DNA of 64,000 nt, taken from the sequence record DRR723986_576. One strand, given 5' to 3'. Positions 1 to 9,782 of this stretch are shown in pieces. Made by a program: the position numbers and the translations under genes. The notes below the pieces were generated by a model that worked only from the letters and a program-made list of their open reading frames with translations, searched no databases and was not told where the DNA came from. Position 1 is the first letter of the stretch. Every line of letters starts with the position of its first letter.

Positions 1-151
1 AATGCTTGCGTCTGAACAGGGTATCTACAGATCAGGCAACATGCCCGCGCTGCCGAGCACGGCGGGATCTGTGCAGGAATAAGCCTTTCGGGCCATCAGG
101 AAGGTGCCACGTAACCCAATCGCGGTCAGAGGCGGGGTTGCGCGAACGCTA

Positions 152-1237
152 TTAGCGCCCGCTGGTATAGCGCTCGGCTTCTTCCGCCAGCTCTGCTTCA
201 ACTTCCAGCAGACGCACTTCTTTAAACAGGTGATGGGCCGGGGTGTGCTCGGTGAGCGCATCGGCGGCAAGCAGGATAGCGGCGGCGGTCCAGGTGGGGC
301 GCTCATCGGGCCACAGCAGGTCTTCGACCATTTGGTAGCCGGTCCAGTATTCGCCGTTGCCGTCACGCCATTGGTGTAGCCAGCTGTAAACGTTAACCGC
401 GCGCGCGTGATCGCCGGCGGCGAGCAGGGCCATGGTCAGCTCGCAGGATTCGGCAACGGTGACCCAGGGCTCGTCGGACACGCAACGGCAACCGAGGCCG
501 TCTTCAACGAATTCGCCCCAGCGTTTTTGCAGGTGGGCGCTGCCTTTGGCGGGCGGCACTACACCGGTGAGCACGGGGTAGAACCAGTCCATGGAGTAGC
601 GGGCTTTGCTTTCCCAGGTGCGGTCAAAGCGCTCGGGCTTGTTGCGCATGGCGTCGCCGAGGGCCGCGCGGGCGGCGCGCCATTCGTCGCGGGGCTCGCC
701 GAGTACAACCGAGATATTCCAGGCGCACTCCAGGCTTTTGTAGATGGAGGCGCAGCCGGTGACCAGCGCGTCTTCCATCGACTGGCCATCGGCATCGACC
801 GCCCAGTTAATGTCGCCGTGGGGGCTTTGCTGGCCCACCACAAAATTGATGGCGCGCTGCACGCAGGGCCACATGGCTTGCAGGAACTCGCGACGCTGGC
901 TAATGAGGTAGTGGTGCCAAACGCCAGTGGCAATATAGGCGACGAAGTTGGTTTCGCGGCGTTCGCGGTTGTCCACTTCGCCATTGCGATAGGCGGCCCA
1001 CCAGCTGCCGTCGGCAAGCTGGCTGTCGCGCAGCCAGAAGTAGGCGCGCTCGGCGGCGTCGTATTCGCCACCAATACTCAGTCCCATTGCGGACTCGACG
1101 TGGTCCCAGGGGTCGGCGTGACCGCCCTCAAACCAGGGGATGCTGCCGTCGGCCTGTTGCTCGCGCTTCAGGAACTCAATGGTGGCGCGGAAGAAGTCTT
1201 CCGGGTACAACCCCTTGCTGAGAAACAGTCCGCTCAT
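152..1237 (-). CDS. Prenyltransferase/squalene-cyclase-repeat-like (alpha/alpha)6-barrel protein of unknown function
   Basis: 361 aa. Repeated QxxDGS(W) motifs (QQADGSIPW, QLADGSWW), plus DPWDHVE, RYSMDWFYP and EPWVTVAESCEL. Its ATG overlaps the methyltransferase stop (ATGA). Confidence 0.75.
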   Translation of the reverse strand: MSGLFLSKGLYPEDFFRATIEFLKREQQADGSIPWFEGGHADPWDHVESAMGLSIGGEYDAAERAYFWLRDSQLADGSWWAAYRNGEVDNRERRETNFVAYIATGVWHHYLISQRREFLQAMWPCVQRAINFVVGQQSPHGDINWAVDADGQSMEDALVTGCASIYKSLECAWNISVVLGEPRDEWRAARAALGDAMRNKPERFDRTWESKARYSMDWFYPVLTGVVPPAKGSAHLQKRWGEFVEDGLGCRCVSDEPWVTVAESCELTMALLAAGDHARAVNVYSWLHQWRDGNGEYWTGYQMVEDLLWPDERPTWTAAAILLAADALTEHTPAHHLFKEVRLLEVEAELAEEAERYTSGR

Positions 1238-1947
1238 GCTGCCTGTCCTTTTTCAAAATACATGACCACTGACTTGCCCATTACCGGGTTGAGGCCACGC
1301 TCGACGGTGCGGGTGATCCACGGCCGATCCATCAGGTCCCAGACCAGCAGTTTGTGGTAGCTCTTTACCAGCGGGTTGTTGTCCTGCTCCCAGAAGGCGC
1401 ATTTCAGCCACCAATAGGGGGAATGCAAGGCGTGTGCCCAGTGCCGACGGTAGAAGCGGAAGCCCAGGCCTTGGATCTGCTTGCGCAGCTCGCTGGCTTT
1501 GAAAATACGCAGGTGACCGCCTTCCACTTGGTGGTAGGCATCGCTCAGTGCCCAGCAGATTTTTTCTGGCCAGGCGCGCGGCACGCTGGCGCAAAACAAG
1601 CCGCCGGGTTTAAGGATACGCTCGATCTCTTTGAGCACGGCCTGATAGTCGGGGATGTGCTCCAATACTTCTGAGCAGATGATTTTGTCGAAGCTGTTGT
1701 CGGCAAAGGGCAGGTTCATGGCATCGGCATTGGCGAGGCCAAAGGCGCGTTTGTCATCGCTGCCGTCAACAAAATCAGCGGCGCGCTGCTGGGCGGTTTG
1801 CAGGTCTTTCAGGCACAGGTCGACGCCTACCGCGGTGACTTCACCTTCCACATAAGCAGAGATAACGTGGCGGCCTTCGCCGCAACCCAGGTCCAGCAGG
1901 CGGTCGCCGGGCTGGAGTGCAAAGTGTTTAAAATCAACCGTTTTCAC
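1234..1947 (-). CDS. Class I SAM-dependent methyltransferase
   Basis: Motif I LLDLGCGEGRH and downstream LPFADNSFDKIICSEVLEH. Start reassigned to GTG at 1947, overlapping the upstream glycosyltransferase stop; the ORF-track extension to 2322 lies inside that gene. Confidence 0.88.
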   Translation of the reverse strand: MKTVDFKHFALQPGDRLLDLGCGEGRHVISAYVEGEVTAVGVDLCLKDLQTAQQRAADFVDGSDDKRAFGLANADAMNLPFADNSFDKIICSEVLEHIPDYQAVLKEIERILKPGGLFCASVPRAWPEKICWALSDAYHQVEGGHLRIFKASELRKQIQGLGFRFYRRHWAHALHSPYWWLKCAFWEQDNNPLVKSYHKLLVWDLMDRPWITRTVERGLNPVMGKSVVMYFEKGQAA

Positions 1948-3256
1948 TGCGTAATACCTGTTCGTAATAGTCCAGCATCTGCTGGGCGGCGCGGCTCCAG
2001 CAGAACAATTCTTCCATGCGCTCGCGGCCAGCCACTTCCAGAGCGCGCCGTTGCTCGGCGTTGCTGAGCAGCGCATCGATGCCATCGGCCAAAGCCTGGG
2101 CGTCGCGCACCGGCACTTGCAGGGCCGCGTCGCCGGTGACTTCTGGCAGCGCACCGCCAGTAGTGGACACCAGCGCTGTACCGCAAGCCATGGCTTCGCC
2201 AGCGGGCAGGCCAAAGCCTTCGTAAACCGAGGGCACGACGGCGACTTCGGCTTCATTGTAATAGCGCACCAGTTGCTCGGTGCTGATGCCTGAGGCGGTG
2301 GCAATGTGATTGTGCAGGCCAAGCTTTTCGATCAGCGCTTCGGCCTCGCCACCCTCGCGAATTTTGCCCACCATTAATAATTGCAGGTCGGGGTAGCGCG
2401 GTAGCAGTTTTGCCACGGCTTCAAACAGGTAGCTCATGCCCTTCAATGGCGCATCGGCCGAGACGGTTGCCATTAAGCGGCGCGGTATTTTTTTCACGCT
2501 GGGCAGCGGGCGGAATTCGTCGGTGTCGATACCACAGTGCACCAGCTGGATCGCGGCGGGCTGCATGCCAAAGGCGGCGGCGATGTCTTCGCGGGAGCGC
2601 TCAGAAACGGTGACGACGTGGTGCAACTGCGGCGCAACCTGGCGCTGCATTTGGATAAAACTGTGCCAGCGGCGTATCAGCACGCGGTCAACCAGGGAGT
2701 TGGCGGCCTTCAAGGCAATATCCAGGTCGCTGGTAATGGGGTGATGAATGGTCGTGACCAGCGGAAAGCCGAGCTTTTGCAGTTTGAGCATGCCAAAGCT
2801 GAGGCTTTGGTTGTCGTGAATAATGTCGTAGTGGCGACCGTGTCGCTTGAGGTATTTCACCACGCGGCGGCCAAAGCAGTAGGGCTCGGCAAAACCGCCG
2901 GTCAGTTTACTGCTCCACTCGATGATATTGGTGAGCGAGCTGAGGTGATGGGGGCGCAGCGAACCGAGGCCGGTTTCAAACAGGTTCATGCCCGGCATTT
3001 TGATCAGCTTCACCCGCGGGTCGAGATGGGGATAGGGCTGCCCCGAGATCACATCGACCTCGTGGCCGGCATCCACCAGGGCCTTGCTGAGGTACTTGAG
3101 GTAAATACCCTGACCGCCACCAAAGGGCGCACTGCGATAACCGAGCAGACAGATATGCAAGCGACGCTGCGGACGCGCCTCTTCAATGGGAATAACTTGG
3201 GCCGACCCGGTCACCGCGGTGGCGGACTGGGCAAGCGCGGTTGGGTCTGATGACAT
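1934..3256 (-). CDS. Glycosyltransferase family 4 (GT-B fold, MshA-like)
   Basis: GGQGIY N-terminal loop, KG motif (APLKG), and C-terminal PSVYEGFGLPAGEAMACG signature. Confidence 0.92.
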   Translation of the reverse strand: MSSDPTALAQSATAVTGSAQVIPIEEARPQRRLHICLLGYRSAPFGGGQGIYLKYLSKALVDAGHEVDVISGQPYPHLDPRVKLIKMPGMNLFETGLGSLRPHHLSSLTNIIEWSSKLTGGFAEPYCFGRRVVKYLKRHGRHYDIIHDNQSLSFGMLKLQKLGFPLVTTIHHPITSDLDIALKAANSLVDRVLIRRWHSFIQMQRQVAPQLHHVVTVSERSREDIAAAFGMQPAAIQLVHCGIDTDEFRPLPSVKKIPRRLMATVSADAPLKGMSYLFEAVAKLLPRYPDLQLLMVGKIREGGEAEALIEKLGLHNHIATASGISTEQLVRYYNEAEVAVVPSVYEGFGLPAGEAMACGTALVSTTGGALPEVTGDAALQVPVRDAQALADGIDALLSNAEQRRALEVAGRERMEELFCWSRAAQQMLDYYEQVLRSENG

Positions 3257-3516
3257 AGCCGTTATCGCTGTTTGTTAGGATTGTTTCTGACGTGCCCGGC
3301 CTCTTATCGCCGCGACCGCTATTCACACTGGCGGCTCGCGTGCGGGCCTTGGGCCGCCGCAGCTATTGCGGGGCATGACGCCTCGTAAGTGAACGGATTC
3401 TAACCATCGCTTGTGGATAAATCCACCGACGGCCCGTCTCGCGGCCCACTAGAGGGATTACCAGTTTGTCATGTTACACTGCCAGGCCCCGCAAAAATGC
3501 CAGGAAAACCATAAAG

Positions 3517-3891
3517 ATGCGTGCCATTTACAGCGCTTTTATCGCCTGCGCCCTGACCGCCGCTTGCAGCAGCCAGCCCAGCCCGCCGCAGGACAGGGGA
3601 TTATTCACGCCGCTGAATCGCGGTGGCGACCTGAAACTGTTTGAATACCAACTGCGAATCGCCCTCCCGCCGGTGAAACCGATTCGCCACACGGTGGACC
3701 CGAACCGCCCACAAAAACGCCCACCCAGTGACGACGAGCTGCTGAAACAGGCGCAGCGCATGCTGCGCAACGACAGCCGCCTGCAGGCCTATTGCCCCTA
3801 CGGCTATATCACACTGGAACAATACGCAGTGCTCAATGCATTGAAGATTCGCGGGGAATGCCGCTATCAAGCACCGCAGGGTGAAGGCTAA
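3517..3891 (+). CDS. Hypothetical lipoprotein
   Basis: ATG at 3517 gives MRAIYSAFIACALTAAC, a signal peptide with lipobox Cys. Two further Cys may form a disulfide. Confidence 0.7.
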   Translation: MRAIYSAFIACALTAACSSQPSPPQDRGLFTPLNRGGDLKLFEYQLRIALPPVKPIRHTVDPNRPQKRPPSDDELLKQAQRMLRNDSRLQAYCPYGYITLEQYAVLNALKIRGECRYQAPQGEG

Positions 3892-3941
3892 TAAGGGGAG
3901 AAGCGATGCGCGAGCCGCCCGGGCAGCTCACGCACAGGGGC

Positions 3942-4868
3942 TTAAGCGACGGGGCTTAACCACTCAGGGAATTGCTCGCGACGACCTTTGACCTGGTCAA
4001 AGTAGCGGCTTTGCAGCTCGGTGGTGATCGGGCCGCGTACACCACTGCCGATTTGACGGCCATCCAGCTCGCGAATAGGCAGAACTTCCGCTGCGGTACC
4101 GGTGAAGAAGGCTTCGTCGGCAACATACACTTCATCGCGTGTGATGCGCTTTTCTTCCACTTCCAGACCCAGCTCTTTGCAGAAGGCAAAGATTGTATTG
4201 CGGGTGATGCCGTCCAGACAGCTGGTCAGCTCGGGCGTGTAGAGTTTGCCGTCGCGGACGATGAAAATGTTCTCGCCACTGCCTTCGGCCACGTAGCCTT
4301 CGTTGTCCAGCAACAAGGCCTCTTCACAACCGCTGTCCAGCGCTTCGCGCAGCGCCAGCATCGAGTTGATGTAGTGGCCATTGGCCTTCGCCTTACACAT
4401 GGAAATATTGACGTGGTGGCGGGTGTAAGAGCTGCAACGCACCTTAATACCCTTGTCACGCGCTTCCGGGCTCATGTAGCTGGGCCAGTCCCAGGCAGCA
4501 ACAATAACGTGAGTGCGCAGGTTGTCCGCACGCAGTCCCATGCCTTCCGAGCCGAGGAATACCATCGGGCGCAGATAGGCTTCGTCGAGATTGTTTTCGC
4601 GGACCACTTGGCGCTGCGCTTCGTTGATCACGTCTTTGTCGAAGGGCATTTCCATATTCATAATATGGGCTGAGCGGAACAGGCGGTCGGTGTGCTCGTT
4701 CAAGCGGAAGATGCAGGTTCCACGATCGCCAGCGTGATAGGCGCGCACGCCTTCAAATACGCCCATGCCATAGTGCAGCGTGTGGGTGAGTACGTGTACA
4801 CGGGCATCGCGCCAGGGCACCATTTCACCGTCGAACCAGATTAGACCATCGCGATCGGCCATGGACAT
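3942..4868 (-). CDS. ilvE: Branched-chain amino acid aminotransferase
   Basis: THTLHYGMGVFEG, KAKANGHY (PLP Lys), EGSGENIF and EAFFTGTAAE; follows glnE as in Pseudomonas. Confidence 0.97.
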   Translation of the reverse strand: MSMADRDGLIWFDGEMVPWRDARVHVLTHTLHYGMGVFEGVRAYHAGDRGTCIFRLNEHTDRLFRSAHIMNMEMPFDKDVINEAQRQVVRENNLDEAYLRPMVFLGSEGMGLRADNLRTHVIVAAWDWPSYMSPEARDKGIKVRCSSYTRHHVNISMCKAKANGHYINSMLALREALDSGCEEALLLDNEGYVAEGSGENIFIVRDGKLYTPELTSCLDGITRNTIFAFCKELGLEVEEKRITRDEVYVADEAFFTGTAAEVLPIRELDGRQIGSGVRGPITTELQSRYFDQVKGRREQFPEWLSPVA

Positions 4869-4901
4869 TGTCGTTTACTCCTGAAAATTACTGTTATGCG
4901 G

Positions 4902-7805
4902 TTATTGCTCGTCGAATATCTGTTGCCAGATTCGACGCACGGCGCCGCGTTCCTCTGCGAGGGCCTCACCACTGAGTTGTCCCTTTTGTTCCTGCAAGCT
5001 GGCCCGGTGCGACTGGCTGCGAAACGCGATATAGGCCTCGATCAAGGCCCGGGCATCAGCCTCGGGAATCAAACCTTCTTGTTGAAGGGACTCCAGGATC
5101 CGAATATTGTCGGTGTGGTAGTGCAGTGGCGGGTGCTGATGCGACCAAGCTAAAACGGCATATTGCACCATAAATTCTATATCAACGATACCTCCAAGGC
5201 CTTGTTTGATATCAAATTCGTGGTTTTTTTCACCGCCTGACGGCAACAAGTGCTGGCGCATCTTGTCGCGCATACTCAGTACGTCTTCGCGCAGCTTGGC
5301 AAGATCGCGCTCACTGCCCAGCACATCGGCGCGCAGCTCGGTAAATTTTTCGGCCAGCACCGGGTCACCGGCCACCACCCTCGCCCGCACCAGTGCCTGG
5401 TGCTCCCAGGTCCAGGCCTGACCGCGCTGGTAGTCGCGAAAGGCCGAGAAGGAGCTCACCAACAGGCCTGAGTTACCCGACGGCCGCAGGCGCATATCCA
5501 CTTCGTAAAGCTGACCGAGACGGGTTTGCGCGGTAAGAATATGAATGATGCGCTGCCCCAGGCGGGTATAGAACATGGTGCCATCCAGCGGGCGCTCGCC
5601 ATCGCTGACCACGCCAGCGGGCACGTCGTGCACGAATACCAAATCCAGGTCTGAGCCATAGCCCAACTCGATACCGCCCATCTTGCCGTAGGCAAGAATC
5701 ACAAAATGGCGGCGCGGGTCATCGCCACAGGGGGTGCCGTGCTTCTCCACCAGATTCTGCCAGGCGATATCCACGACAAATTCCATTACCGTTTCGGCGA
5801 TAAACGTCAGGTAGTCGCTGACCTTCATCAGCGGCAGGCTGCCGGTAATTTCCGAGGCCGCCACCCTGAGAACATGGGCCAGGCGGAAGTAGCGCAGCGC
5901 TTCCATTTGCGCTTCCAGGTCGTCCTCGGGAATGCGCAGCAGGCGCTGGCGCAATTCACTGCGCAGGCCGTCTTTGTCGGGCACTGAGTACAGGCTGCTG
6001 GCGTCGAGCAATTCATCCAGCAACACCGGGTGCGCCGCCAACTGCCGCGACACCCAGGGGCTGGCATCGCACAACCTGACCAAGCGTCCCAGCGCGGCGG
6101 GGTTTTCCATTAACAACACCAGATACGCGGTGCGGCGCAGCACGGCTTCGATCAACGGGATCAACCGCAGGAAGGCGCGACCGCTGTCTTCCGCCTCTTG
6201 AACCTGCTCCAGCAGCAGCGGCAGGAAATCGTCCAGGCGCTCCCGCGCACTGCCCTGCATGCGCTGCACACCCGCGCCGGTTAACAGCGCCAGCAAGCGC
6301 CGGGCGACTTCGGCGGCATCGTTGTAGCCCGCCGCTTGCAGCTCTTCGGTCAGCGAGTCGGCGTCGGGGTCGTTCAGCAGCACTTCCCAGCGCTGAATCG
6401 CTGCGCGATCGGTGCTGCCCTCCTCCTCTGGCGCGGCAATAATATTGGCAAAGTGCTCATCGACACGCTGGCGGTGTTCGGCCAGTGCCGCCGTGAAGGC
6501 CTCCCAGCTGTCAAAGCCCATACTCAGCGCCAACGCCGCCTGAGGCGCCGGTGCATCGGGCAACTGCTGAGTTTGCTCGTCGCGCCAGGCCTGTATCGCA
6601 TGCTCGACGTTGCGCAGGAAGACATTGGCCGCCTGCAGCTCGTCCACCACCGGGGCGGGCAACAGCTCCATGTCGCGCAACTCATCGAGAATAATCCGCA
6701 GTGGACGCTGCTGCAGGCTGATTTCCTGACCGCCGCGAATCAACTGGAAACACTGGGCGATAAATTCAATTTCGCGGATACCGCCCGCGCCGAGTTTGAT
6801 GTTGTTGTGCAGGCTGCGGCGCGCGACCTCGCGCTGGATCATCGCCTTCATATCGCGCAGCGACTCAATAGCGGAAAAGTCCAGATAGCGGCGGTAGGTA
6901 AACGGCCGCAGGCTGGCCATCAGGCGTTGATTTGCCGCTTCGTCACCGGCGATGCAGCGCGCCTTGATCAGCGCGTAGCGCTCCCAGTCCCGCCCCTGGT
7001 CTTGGTAGTACTCTTCCATGGCGTCGAAGCTGACCACCAGCGGCCCGCTCTGGCCATAGGGGCGCAGCCGCATATCCACGCGAAACACAAAGCCGTCGGC
7101 GGTGCGCGCATCCAAGGCCTTGATCAAGCGCTGCCCAAGGCGAATAAAGAATTCCTGATTGTCGACGCTGCGCGGGCCACCCACCGTGCTGCCCGCTTCG
7201 GGATAGCTGAAGATCAGGTCGATATCTGACGAGAGGTTCAGTTCACCGGCGCCCAGCTTGCCCATGGCAATAACGCTGAGCTGCTGTGGGCGGCCGTCGG
7301 CAGACTGCGGCTCACCCCATTCCCGGCACAGTTCGCGGTGCAAAAAAGCCAGCGCTTGCTGCACGCATACATCGGCCAGAGCCGAGAGTTCGGCAGTGGT
7401 GGCGACCATATCGCAAAGGCGGTTCAGATCGCGCCACACCAATCTTAACCAGTGGCGGTAGCGAAACTGACGCAGGGTTTTGGCCAGCTCGTCGGCATTG
7501 CTGCAGGCGTCGCACTCGGCCGCCAGTTGCTCAGTTAACTCGCCGGCGGACAGCGGTGCATCCAATAAACCCTGCTGCTGCAGGTCGATCAGCGCCTGTG
7601 GAAAACGCTGGCAGTAGTCGAGAAAAATCGGGCTGGCAGCGATCGCCAGCAGCAGTTTGGGGCGCGCCTCCGACTGGGCAAATTCCTGATACCACTGGGC
7701 CTGCGGCTCGCTGCAGCGCTGAAGAAAACTCTGCCAGCGGGCATCTAAACCCTCGGCAAGTAGCGCAGGTAACTCATCGGTTTGCACGTTTAATGCTGTG
7801 CTCAT
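4902..7805 (-). CDS. glnE: Bifunctional glutamine synthetase adenylyltransferase/adenylyl-removing enzyme
   Basis: Two nucleotidyltransferase motifs (MGKLGAGELNLSSDIDLIF; YGKMGGIELGYGSDLDLVF) and RVDMRLRP; 967 aa. Confidence 0.97.
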   Translation of the reverse strand: MSTALNVQTDELPALLAEGLDARWQSFLQRCSEPQAQWYQEFAQSEARPKLLLAIAASPIFLDYCQRFPQALIDLQQQGLLDAPLSAGELTEQLAAECDACSNADELAKTLRQFRYRHWLRLVWRDLNRLCDMVATTAELSALADVCVQQALAFLHRELCREWGEPQSADGRPQQLSVIAMGKLGAGELNLSSDIDLIFSYPEAGSTVGGPRSVDNQEFFIRLGQRLIKALDARTADGFVFRVDMRLRPYGQSGPLVVSFDAMEEYYQDQGRDWERYALIKARCIAGDEAANQRLMASLRPFTYRRYLDFSAIESLRDMKAMIQREVARRSLHNNIKLGAGGIREIEFIAQCFQLIRGGQEISLQQRPLRIILDELRDMELLPAPVVDELQAANVFLRNVEHAIQAWRDEQTQQLPDAPAPQAALALSMGFDSWEAFTAALAEHRQRVDEHFANIIAAPEEEGSTDRAAIQRWEVLLNDPDADSLTEELQAAGYNDAAEVARRLLALLTGAGVQRMQGSARERLDDFLPLLLEQVQEAEDSGRAFLRLIPLIEAVLRRTAYLVLLMENPAALGRLVRLCDASPWVSRQLAAHPVLLDELLDASSLYSVPDKDGLRSELRQRLLRIPEDDLEAQMEALRYFRLAHVLRVAASEITGSLPLMKVSDYLTFIAETVMEFVVDIAWQNLVEKHGTPCGDDPRRHFVILAYGKMGGIELGYGSDLDLVFVHDVPAGVVSDGERPLDGTMFYTRLGQRIIHILTAQTRLGQLYEVDMRLRPSGNSGLLVSSFSAFRDYQRGQAWTWEHQALVRARVVAGDPVLAEKFTELRADVLGSERDLAKLREDVLSMRDKMRQHLLPSGGEKNHEFDIKQGLGGIVDIEFMVQYAVLAWSHQHPPLHYHTDNIRILESLQQEGLIPEADARALIEAYIAFRSQSHRASLQEQKGQLSGEALAEERGAVRRIWQQIFDEQ

Positions 7806-7849
7806 ACATCATCCCCATCAGGCGGGCGGTTATGGATTCGGTACGCACC

Positions 7850-9634
7850 TTAGTGCGACTGCACCGGCGGCGCCACGCGCATAATTTCTGCAATGGTGGT
7901 CTCGCCAGCGGCCACCTTTCTCGCGCCACTGAGGCGCAGTGTTTTCATGCCTTTTTTCATCGCCAACAGGCGCATCTGGTCCAGCGCCACATCGTCTTGA
8001 ATCGCTGCCTGCAACTCGCCTTCGAGGGTGAGAATTTCATAAATGCCCTGACGGCCGTAGTAGCCGGTATTGCGACACTCCAGGCAGCCAGTGGCGGCAA
8101 AGTAGCGCGCAGGCGGTGACAGTTTCCAGGGCGCGGCCAAGGCGGCCCATTCACTGCCGGCAGGGTCGGCTTCACTGCTGTCGACAGCGGTTTTGCAGTG
8201 CGGGCACAGTGTGCGCACCAAACGCTGCGCCATCACCCCGAGCACGGTGGCGCGAATCAGGTAGGCGGGCACGCCCAGCTCCAGCAAGCGGGTAACCGCA
8301 GAGGGCGCGTCGTTGGTGTGCAGGGTGGAGATCACCAAATGGCCGGTAAGCGCCGCTTGAATGGCCATTTCGGCGGTTTCCAGGTCGCGGATCTCGCCGA
8401 TCATAATAATGTCCGGGTCCTGGCGCAGCAGCGCGCGCACGCCCCCGGCAAAGTCCAGGCCGATATTGTGCTGCACCTGCATCTGATTAAAGGCCTCTTC
8501 GACCATCTCGATGGGGTCTTCAATGGTGCAAACATTCACCTCGGGGCTGGCGATCTTGCGCAAGCTGGAGTAGAGCGTGGTGGTTTTACCCGAGCCGGTG
8601 GGGCCGGTGACCAACACTATGCCGTGGGGCGCGCCGATCATCGACTGCCAGCGCTGCAGGTCGTCGCCGCGCAGGCCGAGTTCGTCAAAGCTGCGCAGCA
8701 AGACTTCGGGGTCGAAGATACGCATGACCATCTTCTCGCCGAAAGCGGTCGGCAGGGTGGACAGCCGCAGTTCTATTTCCTGCCCGGCGGGGTTTTTGGT
8801 TTTCAGGCGGCCGTCCTGGGGGCGGCGTTTTTCTGCGACATCCATACGGCCGAGAATCTTAAGGCGGCTGACCACCGCCGTGAGCACGGTTGCAGGCAAC
8901 TGGTATACCGTGCACAACACGCCGTCGATGCGAAAGCGCACATTGCCCTGGTCGCGGCGGGGCTCGATATGAATATCACTGGCGCGCTGGTCGTAGGCGT
9001 ATTGCAGCAGCCAGTCGACAATATTCACCACGTGGCTATCGTTGGCATCCAGGTCTTTTTGTTTGCTGATTTCGAGCAGCTGTTCCAGGTTGGTCGTGCT
9101 GCTGCGCTCCCCGGTGCTGGCGCCGCGCACCGAGCGCGCCAGGCTGTAGAACTCCACGGTATAGCGGTCGATGGCATCGGCGTCGGCAATCACCCGGCGA
9201 ATAGGGCGATTCAATACCTGCTGCAAATCACTCACCCAGCCATCAACGAAGGGTTCGGCGCAGGCGATCACCACCTCGGCCGGCGTGGACGCCACCGCCA
9301 GAATGCGATGGCGCTGAGCAAAGGCAAAGGACATAACCTCGGTGACCGAGGGCACATCGATTTTTAAAGGATCAATGCGCTGAAAGCCCAGCCCGCAGCG
9401 ATCGCTCAGCCACTGCAATAGAGTGTCTATACTGAGGGTCGCCCCGCTGCGCCGCGCATCGGCAAGTTGCTGACTGGCCAGGTAATTGAGCGGGTGCTGG
9501 AGGCGCTCGCCCTTGCGCGGTGGATTAACACCGGCGCGCTTGGCAGCAACTGGCTCAAGCAGGCCGTCGTCAACCAGCTGCCGGAGTAGCACTGCGGTAT
9601 CGAGGGGGCCCTGTGTTTTCAGCGAGTTGGGCAT
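7850..9634 (-). CDS. GspE/PulE/PilB-family secretion ATPase (orphan)
   Basis: ASDIHIEP, Walker A GPTGSGKTTT, Asp box TIEDPIE, LRQDPDIIMIGEIRD, TGHLVISTLH and tetracysteine CPHC/CLEC. Confidence 0.92.
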   Translation of the reverse strand: MPNSLKTQGPLDTAVLLRQLVDDGLLEPVAAKRAGVNPPRKGERLQHPLNYLASQQLADARRSGATLSIDTLLQWLSDRCGLGFQRIDPLKIDVPSVTEVMSFAFAQRHRILAVASTPAEVVIACAEPFVDGWVSDLQQVLNRPIRRVIADADAIDRYTVEFYSLARSVRGASTGERSSTTNLEQLLEISKQKDLDANDSHVVNIVDWLLQYAYDQRASDIHIEPRRDQGNVRFRIDGVLCTVYQLPATVLTAVVSRLKILGRMDVAEKRRPQDGRLKTKNPAGQEIELRLSTLPTAFGEKMVMRIFDPEVLLRSFDELGLRGDDLQRWQSMIGAPHGIVLVTGPTGSGKTTTLYSSLRKIASPEVNVCTIEDPIEMVEEAFNQMQVQHNIGLDFAGGVRALLRQDPDIIMIGEIRDLETAEMAIQAALTGHLVISTLHTNDAPSAVTRLLELGVPAYLIRATVLGVMAQRLVRTLCPHCKTAVDSSEADPAGSEWAALAAPWKLSPPARYFAATGCLECRNTGYYGRQGIYEILTLEGELQAAIQDDVALDQMRLLAMKKGMKTLRLSGARKVAAGETTIAEIMRVAPPVQSH

Positions 9635-9735
9635 TGAAGCTCCGAATTGTCATATTTTGTATTTATAGTACGGCAAGCCGCTCAGCCAGCGAGAGGCGAC
9701 CGTGCAAAAAACTGGAGGGGGCGACACTGCGTCCG

Positions 9736-9741
9736 TATAAT
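9736..9741 (+). promoter_or_regulatory. Putative sigma70 -10 box for the DUF47-pit operon
   Basis: Perfect TATAAT about 45 nt upstream of the GTG start, which has an AAGGAG RBS; no clear -35. Confidence 0.45.
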
Positions 9742-9782
9742 CGCCGCCACTCAACTACTCATGTGCGCAAAGGAGCCTTAAC

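Noticed and set aside
1-150. Hairpins and CTGATG...GAAA on the minus strand suggesting a ribozyme or TPP riboswitch
   Set aside because: No complete hammerhead core or TPP consensus, and the context is cut by the window edge.
407-1360. Long antisense ORFs (also 6336-7229, 8198-9367, 15875-16903, 44557-45540)
   Set aside because: Shadow frames of well-supported genes in GC-rich DNA, with no motifs of their own.
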